A stretch of DNA of 64,000 nucleotides. Source: an uncultured Verrucomicrobiae bacterium. Lineage in GTDB: Bacteria; Chlamydiota; Chlamydiia; Chlamydiales; Rhabdochlamydiaceae. Shown here in pieces: positions 52,269-61,319 of this stretch; the first letter of the stretch is position 1; each line of letters opens with the position of its first letter. The stretch is from contig CAWFUG010000009.1 of the NCBI GenBank assembly GCA_963818965.1, positions 320,001 to 384,000 on the forward strand, given 5' to 3'. A model generated the notes under the pieces. That model had not been told where the DNA came from and made no database searches. It saw only the letters and a program-made list of their open reading frames with translations. The translations under genes were made by a program, and so were the position numbers.

Positions 52269-53636
52269 ATGGATGCTGTCATGCTCTCGAGAATTCAGTT
52301 CGCTTTGACGAGCTCTTTCCATTACATTTACCCTCCTTTGAGCATTGGGCTGGGGCTCATGTTGGTGATCTTCGAGGGAATTTACGTAAAGACTAAGAAC
52401 CCCCTCTACCGGCAAATCACTCGATTTTGGGTCAAGATCTTCGCCTTGACGTTTGCATTGGGGGTCGCAACAGGTCTCGTGCAGTTGTTCGGATTTGGGA
52501 CCAATTGGGCCCGTTATTCCCGCTTTGTCGGCGATGTCTTCGGGAGCGCTCTCGGTGCAGAGGGGGTCTTCGCATTTTTTCTAGAGGCAGGCTTTTTAGG
52601 GGTGATGCTGTTCGGTTGGGAGCGTTGTAGTGCTAAATTCCACTATTTTGCCACGATTTGCGTATCAGCTGGCGCCCATTTTAGCGCGATTTGGATCGTC
52701 GTCGCCAACTCTTGGATGCAGACGCCTGCAGGCTATAAAATCGTAGGAGAGGGGGGGCAAGCTAAAGCTGTCGTCACTGACTTTTGGCAGATGGTCTTCA
52801 ATCCCTCTTCCATCGATCGTTTGATCCACGTCGTCTTGGGCTGTTGGCTCTCAGGGATCTTCTTCATCTTGAGCGTGACTGCTTATTATTATTTCAAAGA
52901 CAAATACCGAGAGTTTGCTCAGAAGACGATGAAGCTCACTCTGTGGGCAGCTGTCGTCGTACTCATCCTCCATCTGATCTCCGCAGACACCACGGCGCGC
53001 GGGGTTGCCTACAATCAACCCTCGAAACTCGCTGCCATGGAAGGCGTTTTTGAGACGAAAAAAGCAACCCCTCTTACCCTCTTCGGATGGGTCGATGTGA
53101 AAAACCGGGAAGTCAAGGGGCTGAAGATTCCGGGACTATTGAGTTTGCTCACTTATTACAATACAGAGGTGCCTGTTAAGGGGTTCGATCAGATCCCCGA
53201 AGATGAGCGGCCGCCGATCCAAGCTGTCTTCCAAACCTACCACATCATGGTGCTGATGTGGGGTCTCATGGCCTTTGTCACTGCGTGCGCCCTCTGGCAA
53301 CTCAAGCGGGGACGACTCCAGCGTACAAAATGGCTGCTGTGGTCGTTGATGTTCTCCGTTGGGTTTCCCCAGATCGCTAACCAATGCGGATGGGCGACAG
53401 CGGAGATCGGCCGTCAGCCCTGGATCGTCTATGGCGTTCTCAAGACAGTACACGGAGTTTCACCCAATATCAGCCCCCATCAAGTCTGGCGATCGATTTG
53501 CATGTTTCTAGTGATCTACACTCTCCTCTTCATCCTCTTTATTTTCCTACTCGACCGAAAGATCAAACACGGACCAGAAGAGGTTGAAGATGAACCTGAG
53601 TTTCGTGACACTCTTACAAAAAAGGGGGCGAGATGA
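52269..53636 (+). CDS. cydA: Cytochrome bd oxidase subunit I
   Basis: SRIQFA, FHYIYPP, EGVFAFFLE, QPSKLAAMEG, EIGRQPW. Confidence 0.96.
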   Translation: MDAVMLSRIQFALTSSFHYIYPPLSIGLGLMLVIFEGIYVKTKNPLYRQITRFWVKIFALTFALGVATGLVQLFGFGTNWARYSRFVGDVFGSALGAEGVFAFFLEAGFLGVMLFGWERCSAKFHYFATICVSAGAHFSAIWIVVANSWMQTPAGYKIVGEGGQAKAVVTDFWQMVFNPSSIDRLIHVVLGCWLSGIFFILSVTAYYYFKDKYREFAQKTMKLTLWAAVVVLILHLISADTTARGVAYNQPSKLAAMEGVFETKKATPLTLFGWVDVKNREVKGLKIPGLLSLLTYYNTEVPVKGFDQIPEDERPPIQAVFQTYHIMVLMWGLMAFVTACALWQLKRGRLQRTKWLLWSLMFSVGFPQIANQCGWATAEIGRQPWIVYGVLKTVHGVSPNISPHQVWRSICMFLVIYTLLFILFIFLLDRKIKHGPEEVEDEPEFRDTLTKKGAR

Positions 53637-54661
53637 GCACAGACGTTCTTGCACATCTTTGGTATTTCGTCGTCGGCATCTGCGTCGTCTTTTACGTCGT
53701 TCTTGATGGGTTTGATTTGGGAGTGGGTTGTTTGCATCTTTTGGCGAAAAAGGATGACGAAAGGCGGATTTTTCTCAATGCCATCGGTCCTGTCTGGGAT
53801 GGAAATGAAGTGTGGCTTGTCATTGTAGGGGGCGCTCTCTTTGCAGGGTTTCCCGACGTCTACGCTACCCTCTTTTCTGGATTTTACGACATCTGCATGA
53901 TCTTGCTCGCAGGACTGATCTTCCGTGCCTGTGCGATCGAGTTCCGCAGCAAAGGGCCTTCTCTCCGTTGGCGCTCCACATGGGACCGGGTATTCTGTGT
54001 CGCGAGTATCGCGATCGCCTTTGGACTGGGATTGACCTTGGGGAACCTAATGGAGGGGATTCCTCTCGATGCGGAAGGAGACTTCGTCGGTACATTTTCC
54101 CTCTTCTTAAGACCCTATCCGATTCTGATCGGCCTTTTTACCGTATCACTGCTTAGCATGCACGGCTCGATCTACTTAGCGATGAAAACAGAAGGGGCTT
54201 TGAATGAAAAGGTCAGGCTTTGGGCAAAGCGTTGCATCGTCCTCTTCGTCGGGATGTTCATCTTGACGACTGTCGCCACTTGGGGTGCTGCCCCTAACAT
54301 GATCGAGCGCTTTCTCGAAGAGCCGTGGTTCTTTCTCGTGCCCCTCGTTTCGATTCTCGCCATCCTCGCCGTCCCACGGGCTTTTTCTCGCAATGAAGAT
54401 GGGTGGGCATTTCTCTACTCGTGCTTTTCGATCCTGTTTCTCTTCGGCGTCTTCGGCATTGCGACCTACCCTGATCTCATCATGTCGTCGATCGACCCTC
54501 AGCATACTAGCCTCACGCTCTATAATGCGGCGGCCTCACCCCTTACGCTCAAAGTACTCCTGATCATCGTCGCCATAGGCATCCCCCTCGTCCTCGCCTA
54601 CGGCACCATAATCTACCGGATCTTCCGCGGCAAGGTCAAGATCGGCTCTACGAGTTATTGA
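53633..54661 (+). CDS. cydB: Cytochrome bd oxidase subunit II
   Basis: LDGFDLGVG, GPVWDGNEVWL. Confidence 0.96.
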   Translation: MSTDVLAHLWYFVVGICVVFYVVLDGFDLGVGCLHLLAKKDDERRIFLNAIGPVWDGNEVWLVIVGGALFAGFPDVYATLFSGFYDICMILLAGLIFRACAIEFRSKGPSLRWRSTWDRVFCVASIAIAFGLGLTLGNLMEGIPLDAEGDFVGTFSLFLRPYPILIGLFTVSLLSMHGSIYLAMKTEGALNEKVRLWAKRCIVLFVGMFILTTVATWGAAPNMIERFLEEPWFFLVPLVSILAILAVPRAFSRNEDGWAFLYSCFSILFLFGVFGIATYPDLIMSSIDPQHTSLTLYNAAASPLTLKVLLIIVAIGIPLVLAYGTIIYRIFRGKVKIGSTSY

Positions 54662-55664
54662 AAGAGGTTTTATCCTTTCGTTTGTCGGATACAAAGGCGA
54701 ATCTCGCTTCTACACTATGTCTGAACGGATCGCGATCGCCTTCTTTTTCTTCATGGGTGACAGCCGCATGGGTGACAGCCGCATGAGGGGTCTCAGGCGT
54801 TTTAAAAACGATCACACCCCTTCTCTTGATGTCATTCTGGATAACCCATGTATGATAGGGTCTTGATTCAAGAGCCAAAGAAGGGACCAAAATGTCTGGG
54901 GGGAAAGGGGTTTTTATTTGAGAAGTATAATGTTTTAATTCCTCTGAAGGATCTTTCAATGTACTGATATCCACCAAAGCTAAAGTGTTGATGGAAGGGC
55001 GTTCATTCAAAGGGATCCACACATTGACGATTTCAGAAAACGCAACGTCATCAAGAGCTATCGAATCATCCTCAAAAGCCTCCTCCAATCCCTCTTGCAA
55101 AAGACGTTCAAAGGTATCCAATACGATTGGAAACTGGTCTTTAGAAAAATCGACGTGCGCCAGGGGGAGGATTTTCTGTGCATTCCAGAAATTTCCCGTA
55201 TGTCTATACTGAAGAGGGCTGATAGGAATGACAGCATCGAATGGAATCCCTTCTTTTTTCCCCCAGTCGGTCAAAAATAAGCGAACATCCTCGTAAATGC
55301 AAAGCATGTTGTGATAGGATCGTTCCTCTACGTAATTTCCGAGATGTTCTACTGTTTTTTCGTCAAATGTGCAAAATTCAAACCCATTTTCTTTGAAATT
55401 AAACTGTTTTGTGATCTCTAGCCCTGAATAGGCATGAATGAGTGGCGTCTTCTTTACCAAAACACCCTCTTCCGTAAGGCGCTCGAAATCATCTGCGCTA
55501 ATGGTTTGATCTTCTAAAGAAGGACGATTGGCGAAGTAGATCGATGAAACTGCCTGTTGCGCTTTTTCAGTGTTGGGTTGAGCGCTGCCTGTCACAACAG
55601 TCTGGTCGGAAGAGTCTTGAGGGTTTTGGAAACCCGTTTGATTGAAACTGTTTACTGTTGACAT
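54648..55664 (-). CDS. CmcJ/NvfI-like oxidoreductase with low-complexity N-terminus
   Basis: AHVDF, NVWIPL, LALVD, TPHAA, RHSVEARF. Confidence 0.6.
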   Translation of the reverse strand: MSTVNSFNQTGFQNPQDSSDQTVVTGSAQPNTEKAQQAVSSIYFANRPSLEDQTISADDFERLTEEGVLVKKTPLIHAYSGLEITKQFNFKENGFEFCTFDEKTVEHLGNYVEERSYHNMLCIYEDVRLFLTDWGKKEGIPFDAVIPISPLQYRHTGNFWNAQKILPLAHVDFSKDQFPIVLDTFERLLQEGLEEAFEDDSIALDDVAFSEIVNVWIPLNERPSINTLALVDISTLKDPSEELKHYTSQIKTPFPPDILVPSLALESRPYHTWVIQNDIKRRGVIVFKTPETPHAAVTHAAVTHEEKEGDRDPFRHSVEARFAFVSDKRKDKTSFNNS

Positions 55665-55933
55665 TATAACTCCTGTGTTTTTTTATTTATAATAACTTTA
55701 ATTATATCATTAAATAGATTTAATTTAAACTATGTATAAACAATTTTTTTTATACGGAGTGGGTTTAAGGCTTAAGTTATTGATATTCTGAGTGTTAGAG
55801 CTTTATCTTAAAGCAATTTCTTTGTGCGACAGAAAATTACTTGAAGAAAAAAACCGCTGAAATGCGACCATATCTCGTTGGTAATCAAGTAGCTAGGGAT
55901 TATAAAGCAGATCAGCGAGGTTTTTTCTTCAAG

Positions 55934-56815
55934 TCATTTTTTGTCGTATACGAAGGTGATTTTGGACAAAAGATCGAGGAAATAGGCAGTGGACCAGGTT
56001 TCTAAGACATTGGGGTTACGAATAAAATGGATGACATCTGCTTTGGCCGCAGCAATATCCAATGCTTTCATGCGTTGAGTATACAATTGTGAGAAAATTT
56101 CAGGCGTTAAATGGAGGTCTTTCTCAATGTAACCCGTTTGTTTTAAGCGCGCCTCAAGATGGGACAGATGAAGGGGGATTTTTCTAGCGACATACCAAAC
56201 CAGATCATACCAATCTCTCCCTTTAACACGCCCTTTCCATTCTCTTGCTAATAAGGCGCTCATTTTTCCTGCGAAGAGATCGGATAAAGCATAACTTTTA
56301 ACATAGTACAACCCAGGGAGATGCATTTCAGTCATTTCCGTTTTAAAACCAGGAGGGGGATCGGTATCGATTTCGATCTTTATTTTAATATTTTCATCGA
56401 CATGAATGCGTTGTCTTTCTTGTGCGTTCAAGCCAATTCGTATGACCTTTTCTAAGGTGTTTCCCTTTAGAAATGCAGACAAAACGGCACTTTGATGTGT
56501 TTTTTCTTTTTTTTGGATCGAAATATCAAATCCATAACTTTGAATATGTAATTCCACTGATTTTAGGTAAGGCTCCAATTTGAAATGAGGATCAGGTTCG
56601 AGAAGGGAAAAATCCAAGTCTTCGCTAAAACGATCGAGTTGATACAAAATTCTCAAACAGGTTCCTCCGTAAAAAGCACCTTTTTCAAAGAATTTTGCCC
56701 TTGCTAAACCTTCCAAGGTAATTTCTTGGATGATTTCTTGGAGGGCATTTCTGAAATCATCTTTCGTCTTACAGGAGTATTTTTTTAGCCACTGAGTGAT
56801 CACTTGATTAATCAT
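55934..56815 (-). CDS. AbiEii/AbiGii-like nucleotidyltransferase toxin
   Basis: FYGGTCLRI, RFSEDLDFS, GKMSALL, KGRDWYD. Confidence 0.9.
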   Translation of the reverse strand: MINQVITQWLKKYSCKTKDDFRNALQEIIQEITLEGLARAKFFEKGAFYGGTCLRILYQLDRFSEDLDFSLLEPDPHFKLEPYLKSVELHIQSYGFDISIQKKEKTHQSAVLSAFLKGNTLEKVIRIGLNAQERQRIHVDENIKIKIEIDTDPPPGFKTEMTEMHLPGLYYVKSYALSDLFAGKMSALLAREWKGRVKGRDWYDLVWYVARKIPLHLSHLEARLKQTGYIEKDLHLTPEIFSQLYTQRMKALDIAAAKADVIHFIRNPNVLETWSTAYFLDLLSKITFVYDKK

Positions 56816-57428
56816 AAATTGCTGCAATAAGGAGGTTTGTCATTTGGTAGGCTTTGAGGATTTTAATGATGGTGTTTTTGTTTAGTTTTCTTAAATCAGA
56901 TGGTTCCATTCGGAGATTTTCGTAAAGGTGCTCTTTCATCTCACTTACAATTGAAATGTCCTTGACCTGGGAAATAAAATCGACCAACGCTTTTTCAGGA
57001 CTTGCCATCAGGTAGCTCCCTTCCTGAGGAAGTTCTATGCTGATGAGTCCTAGGGAATAAACAGAAGGTGGACGTCGTGAATAAGAAAAAGTGGTTAGGG
57101 GTGTTTGGAATGTTTTTGAGCGATTCAGGCAAATGCTCGTGATCGTCATGACTCTCTCGGGAATCAGCCCATATTTTGATAAAGCGTATTCAAGTGAGAT
57201 ATAGGAAGGGGAATAGACGAGGTTGGCCAGAATTTCAAGGGAGATCGCTTTTTTCTGGTGGTGGGATCCAAAAATGTAGATCCCTTTTCGGATTCTAATA
57301 ATGGACTTATTTTTCAAAAGAAGGGAAATTTTATCGCGCGGCTTCTTATATTCCCTCAGGTGGTGCATCAGCACTTGGTAGTCAAAAATCTCACCCTGGA
57401 CAGCTTCTCTTAAGGTTTCAAAAGACAT
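56808..57428 (-). CDS. AbiEi-like type IV antitoxin
   Basis: IRIRKGIY, PSYISLEYALSKYGLIPE, ASPEKAL. Confidence 0.85.
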   Translation of the reverse strand: MSFETLREAVQGEIFDYQVLMHHLREYKKPRDKISLLLKNKSIIRIRKGIYIFGSHHQKKAISLEILANLVYSPSYISLEYALSKYGLIPERVMTITSICLNRSKTFQTPLTTFSYSRRPPSVYSLGLISIELPQEGSYLMASPEKALVDFISQVKDISIVSEMKEHLYENLRMEPSDLRKLNKNTIIKILKAYQMTNLLIAAIYD

Positions 57429-57468
57429 TCTTACTTTATACCCCTTTTCTTCATTTTATCTGGTCTGT

Positions 57469-57501
57469 GCTCATATGTCCATTATTTCTGGACATACGAG
57501 C
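57469..57501. promoter_or_regulatory. Inverted repeat upstream of the AbiE operon (candidate operator)
   Basis: GCTCATATGTCCA-N7-TGGACATACGAGC. Confidence 0.6.
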
Positions 57502-57701
57502 TTTTGTTATTTATGTAAGTTGCTTATTATTAGTCGCTTGCGTTTTGTGTAAAAAGTGGGCTTGTGGATAAACGGCTCAGTGTATTACTCCCCCCGTCGT
57601 TTGTTTTTTACTCTAAAAGAGGTGTCTGTGTTTGAGTTTGATGCGAAGGAATCGATCCTGCGCCCGAGAGGAGCGCGTTTTGTCGTGTACAAAGAAGCAA
57701 T

Positions 57702-58292
57702 CTAACGGCTGCCGGGGAACCCGACGACAGCTTTATAGCAGAGGAGGAGGTGTTTGACGCCGTTCATGGCGCGGTGAGGCTTTTCTTCCTTAGGCAGGCT
57801 GTGGAAGACGGCGATTTTATCCTTGGAGTAGCCGATCTCCCAGGGAAAGTTCCCTTCGCCCTTGGCGGCGCTCTTGAGCGATTCGACCCAATGCATCGAA
57901 GCGAGGTCGAGCCAGTGGTAGGGCCAGAGCATCTTTTCTTGGGCATCTACGTCGATAAGTTGGGAAAAGAAGACCCGGTCGAAGGAGGGGTTTTGGCACA
58001 TAAAGACAGCGGCGTTGCGTTTGATCCCATTTTTGTCGAAGTGGATGCAGATTTGTTCAGCGACAGCTTTCCGAGAAGGCGCCCTTTCGACTTCTTCCCA
58101 CGTAAATCCGTTGACTTTAAGGCTTTCAGGATCGCTTAAGGCCCACTCCTCAGAAGAGGTGGCGACGATCGACTCGAATGTATCCAAAACGTTGCCAGAA
58201 AACACATCGACGATTTGGAAAGCGATCTCGATCACCTTGTGCTTTTGCGCATTAAGACCATTTGTCTCACTATCTAGAAATATCCCCAGCAC
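57702..58292 (-). CDS. DEDDh 3'-5' exonuclease
   Basis: FLDSETNG, QNPSFD, LDL, PHRAMNG. Confidence 0.85.
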   Translation of the reverse strand: MLGIFLDSETNGLNAQKHKVIEIAFQIVDVFSGNVLDTFESIVATSSEEWALSDPESLKVNGFTWEEVERAPSRKAVAEQICIHFDKNGIKRNAAVFMCQNPSFDRVFFSQLIDVDAQEKMLWPYHWLDLASMHWVESLKSAAKGEGNFPWEIGYSKDKIAVFHSLPKEEKPHRAMNGVKHLLLCYKAVVGFPGSR

Positions 58293-58312
58293 GGTAAACC
58301 CTATTTAGTTTG

Positions 58313-58631
58313 TATACTCCAGTCGGCCTCAAACTTGGAATTTGGCCGGCGCGAAAGCTCCCGCCAAATTCCAAGTTTGAGGCCGACTGGGGTATATATA
58401 CCCCTTCCACCTCAATCGTAACCACAAGCAAACCGATTAAAAGCCTCAAAATTCGAATCAAAGGTCGGGGTCAATATTGAATTTAATATTAACCCCGACC
58501 TTTGATTCGAATTTTGAGAACTTTTCATTCGGTTTTCTTGGGTACGATTGAGGGGAAGGGGTATATACCACACTCGGCTTGAAGGACCCGATCCTTCAAG
58601 TTGTTTCGGTATACCCAATCACTTGGGTATA
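58313..58631. repeat. Tandem array of four TATACC...GGTATA hairpin elements (84, 169, 50, 22 bp)
   Basis: 58313-58396, 58397-58565, 58564-58613 and 58610-58631, joined at TA runs. Confidence 0.9.
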
Positions 58632-58733
58632 ACAAGAAGGGATGGATCTTGCAATAAATATTTGTTTGTTGACAACGGTTAAAATAATTACTACTCTTCA
58701 GTTTCAAAGGCTTGAGAGGCTTTGGGGAGGGTT

Positions 58734-59198
58734 ATGCACATTAATGGGGGGATTTCCGATCAGACGCGGCAGCTAATTAGCGACGGGTTGGCTGTTTTTT
58801 TGGCTAATACGTATGCTCTTTATCTAAAGACACAAAATTTTCATTGGAATGTCACAGGGCTAGAGTTCTATTCCTTACACATTCTTTTTGAAAAACAATA
58901 TCAAGATTTGGCGGAAGCGGTCGATGAGGTTGCTGAGAGAATCCGGGCTTTGGGATTTTATGTCGATGCGACGTTTCAGGGATTTAAAAAAATGGCGACG
59001 ATCACTCAAGAGGATAAGGTGTTAAGCAGCAGAGAGATGTTGCAAAGTCTTATCGACGGGCATGAAAATTTAATTCGCCATGTCCGCAAAGTTGCAGAGA
59101 TTTGCGATCAAGAAAAAGATTTTGCGACAGTCGATATGATCGGCAGGCGTCTAGGGGCTCATGAAAAAATGGCTTGGTTTTTGCGCTCCTCGATCTGA
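58734..59198 (+). CDS. dps: DNA starvation protection protein Dps
   Basis: KTQNFHWNV, LHILFEKQY, DEVAERI, HEKMAW. Confidence 0.95.
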   Translation: MHINGGISDQTRQLISDGLAVFLANTYALYLKTQNFHWNVTGLEFYSLHILFEKQYQDLAEAVDEVAERIRALGFYVDATFQGFKKMATITQEDKVLSSREMLQSLIDGHENLIRHVRKVAEICDQEKDFATVDMIGRRLGAHEKMAWFLRSSI

Positions 59199-59268
59199 AC
59201 CGTAGGAAAGGTGTAGAGCCAAACCGATAGATCTGGTATAGTCCTGGCCTTTTACTCAAGTAGATCTG

Positions 59269-59688
59269 ATGGCTATTGCGCCCCAAAAGTACCGAGAGAT
59301 TCTTTTTTTATTGCTCTATAGCTCCGATTTTGGGAGCGAGGATGAGGTCGTGGAGATCCTCATGGCGCAGCTCTCTGTCAGTAAGAGTGCGGTGCGCGAA
59401 GCTGTGGCTCTTCGGAAAAAAATTTCTGAAAAGCTAGGCGAGATCGATCTCTATATCCAGCAGCATTCCCAATCCTATGCGCTCGATCGGATTCCGATGG
59501 TAGAGCGGACGGTGTTGCGCCTTTCGATTTATGAGCTGTTGTATACTAAAGAACTCTCACACAAAATAGTGATTTCTGAAGCGATCCGCCTAACGAAGAA
59601 ATTCGCAACGGTGGACGCGGCTCATTTTGTCAATGCGATCTTAGATGCGGTGTATACCCATGTTGTTTCAGCAGGACAAGTCCCTTAA
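59269..59688 (+). CDS. nusB: Transcription antitermination factor
   Basis: VLRLSIYEL, ISEAIRLTKKF, FVNAILD. Confidence 0.93.
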   Translation: MAIAPQKYREILFLLLYSSDFGSEDEVVEILMAQLSVSKSAVREAVALRKKISEKLGEIDLYIQQHSQSYALDRIPMVERTVLRLSIYELLYTKELSHKIVISEAIRLTKKFATVDAAHFVNAILDAVYTHVVSAGQVP

Positions 59689-60520
59689 AGAGTTATCGAC
59701 TTTTGGCATCGGGGGGCTCGCCCAGTACTTTTGCGAAGTCAAGACGATTGAAGAGATGCAGTCGATCCTAGAGCATTGCCATTCTCAAAAATTACCCTTT
59801 CTCGTCATCGGCAAGGGGTCGAATTGCCTTTTCGACGATCGAGGATTTAAGGGGCTCGTCATTTTAAATAAGATCTGCTTTTGTCGGTTCGAGGGAGCGC
59901 TTGTCTCTGTCGGAGCAGGCTACAGCTTCTCCCTTTTGGGCGCGCAGACGGCGCGCAAAGGGTGGGCGGGTCTCGAATTCGCCTCAGGCATCCCCGGATC
60001 TGTCGGGGGCGCTGTTTTCATGAATGCAGGGGCGAATGGAGCGGAGACCCAAGATACGCTAATCGCGGTGAGTTTTGTCGATGAACGGGGTGTTTTAGAA
60101 ACCTTATCCAAAGATCAGCTCGCCTTTTCTTACCGCACCTCTTGTTTCCAAAAGCGCAAAGGAGCGATCGTCAGCGCCACATTTTCTCTTACTCCCGCAG
60201 AAGAAGCGCGCAAAAAACAATTGGGGATCATCGAATACCGCACCAAGACACAGCCTTACCAGGATAAATCGGCAGGTTGTGTGTTTAAAAATCCAGAAGG
60301 GTATGCCGCTGGAGCTTTAATTCAACAGTGTGGGCTAAAGGGAAAGAGAATGGGGGGTGCTGAAGTTTCAGAGCTGCACGGGAATTTCATCGTCAACCGC
60401 GAGGGAGCCACTGCAAAAGAGATCCTAGAACTCGCAGAGCATGTCAAAAGGGTCGTCAAAGAACAGACAGGGATCGATTTAGAACCAGAGATTCGGTATA
60501 TAGATCATGTTTCGTGCTGA
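59660..60520 (+). CDS. murB: UDP-N-acetylmuramate dehydrogenase
   Basis: TFGIGG, GKGSN, GIPGSVGGAVFMNAGA, SAGCVFKN, LEPE. Confidence 0.95.
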   Translation: MLFQQDKSLKELSTFGIGGLAQYFCEVKTIEEMQSILEHCHSQKLPFLVIGKGSNCLFDDRGFKGLVILNKICFCRFEGALVSVGAGYSFSLLGAQTARKGWAGLEFASGIPGSVGGAVFMNAGANGAETQDTLIAVSFVDERGVLETLSKDQLAFSYRTSCFQKRKGAIVSATFSLTPAEEARKKQLGIIEYRTKTQPYQDKSAGCVFKNPEGYAAGALIQQCGLKGKRMGGAEVSELHGNFIVNREGATAKEILELAEHVKRVVKEQTGIDLEPEIRYIDHVSC

Positions 60521-61319
60521 CCTACATTGCCACACCACGTTCAGCGATGGGAGCTTCACTCCAGAAGAGCTTCTCCGCCACGCCAAAGAGATCGGTCTCT
60601 CAGGGCTTGCCATTACCGATCACGACACGATCGACGCCTATACGGTAGCGCCTAAGATTGCAAAAGAGCTCGGTCTAAAATTGGGAAGTGGGGCTGAGTT
60701 TTCCTGTCACTTCAAACAAAAAAATGTCCACATCCTCGCCTACGATTTCGATTTAAAGAGCGAGTCGATCCGTTCGCTTTGCCTCAGGCATATCGAAAGG
60801 AGGCGGATGCGTAATTTGGAAATTCTAGAAAAGTTAAGCCGCATGAGCATGCCGATTTTCGAAGAGGAGCTCCAAGCGATTAGTCAAAAGAGTATCGGCC
60901 GGCCCCACATCGCTCATCTCATGGTGCAAAAGGGATATGTCTCCTCGATCACGCAAGCATTTGCCCTCTATTTGGGGGATCAATGCCCTTGCTATTCAGC
61001 TGGGAAACCGATCGCAGCCGAAGAGACGATCGACGTGATCCATGCAGCGGGTGGCAAAGCATTCATCGCTCATCCCCATCTCATCAAGCGGATGTCTGAA
61101 ATCAAAGCACTGCTCGAGCTGCCTTTCGATGGAATCGAGTGCTACTATGGGAACTTCCGCAAAGATCAGGAGAGACGATGGATCCAGATCGCAGAAGAGC
61201 GCCACTTATTGAAGAGCGGCGGATCTGATTTTCACGGCACCGACAAAGATTACTTGCGCTTCGGCTCTTCCTGGGTCGATGAAGAAACCTTTAACCTCAT
61301 TTTCCAAAAATTATGTTAA
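60507..61319 (+). CDS. PHP-domain phosphoesterase
   Basis: DLHCHTTFSDG, ITDHD, AHP, GGSDFHG. Confidence 0.92.
   Translation: MFRADLHCHTTFSDGSFTPEELLRHAKEIGLSGLAITDHDTIDAYTVAPKIAKELGLKLGSGAEFSCHFKQKNVHILAYDFDLKSESIRSLCLRHIERRRMRNLEILEKLSRMSMPIFEEELQAISQKSIGRPHIAHLMVQKGYVSSITQAFALYLGDQCPCYSAGKPIAAEETIDVIHAAGGKAFIAHPHLIKRMSEIKALLELPFDGIECYYGNFRKDQERRWIQIAEERHLLKSGGSDFHGTDKDYLRFGSSWVDEETFNLIFQKLC

Noticed and set aside
58270..58707. Small ORFs across the hairpin array (also 10751, 47414, 51991)
   Set aside because: Translations of palindromic repeats with no independent coding evidence.
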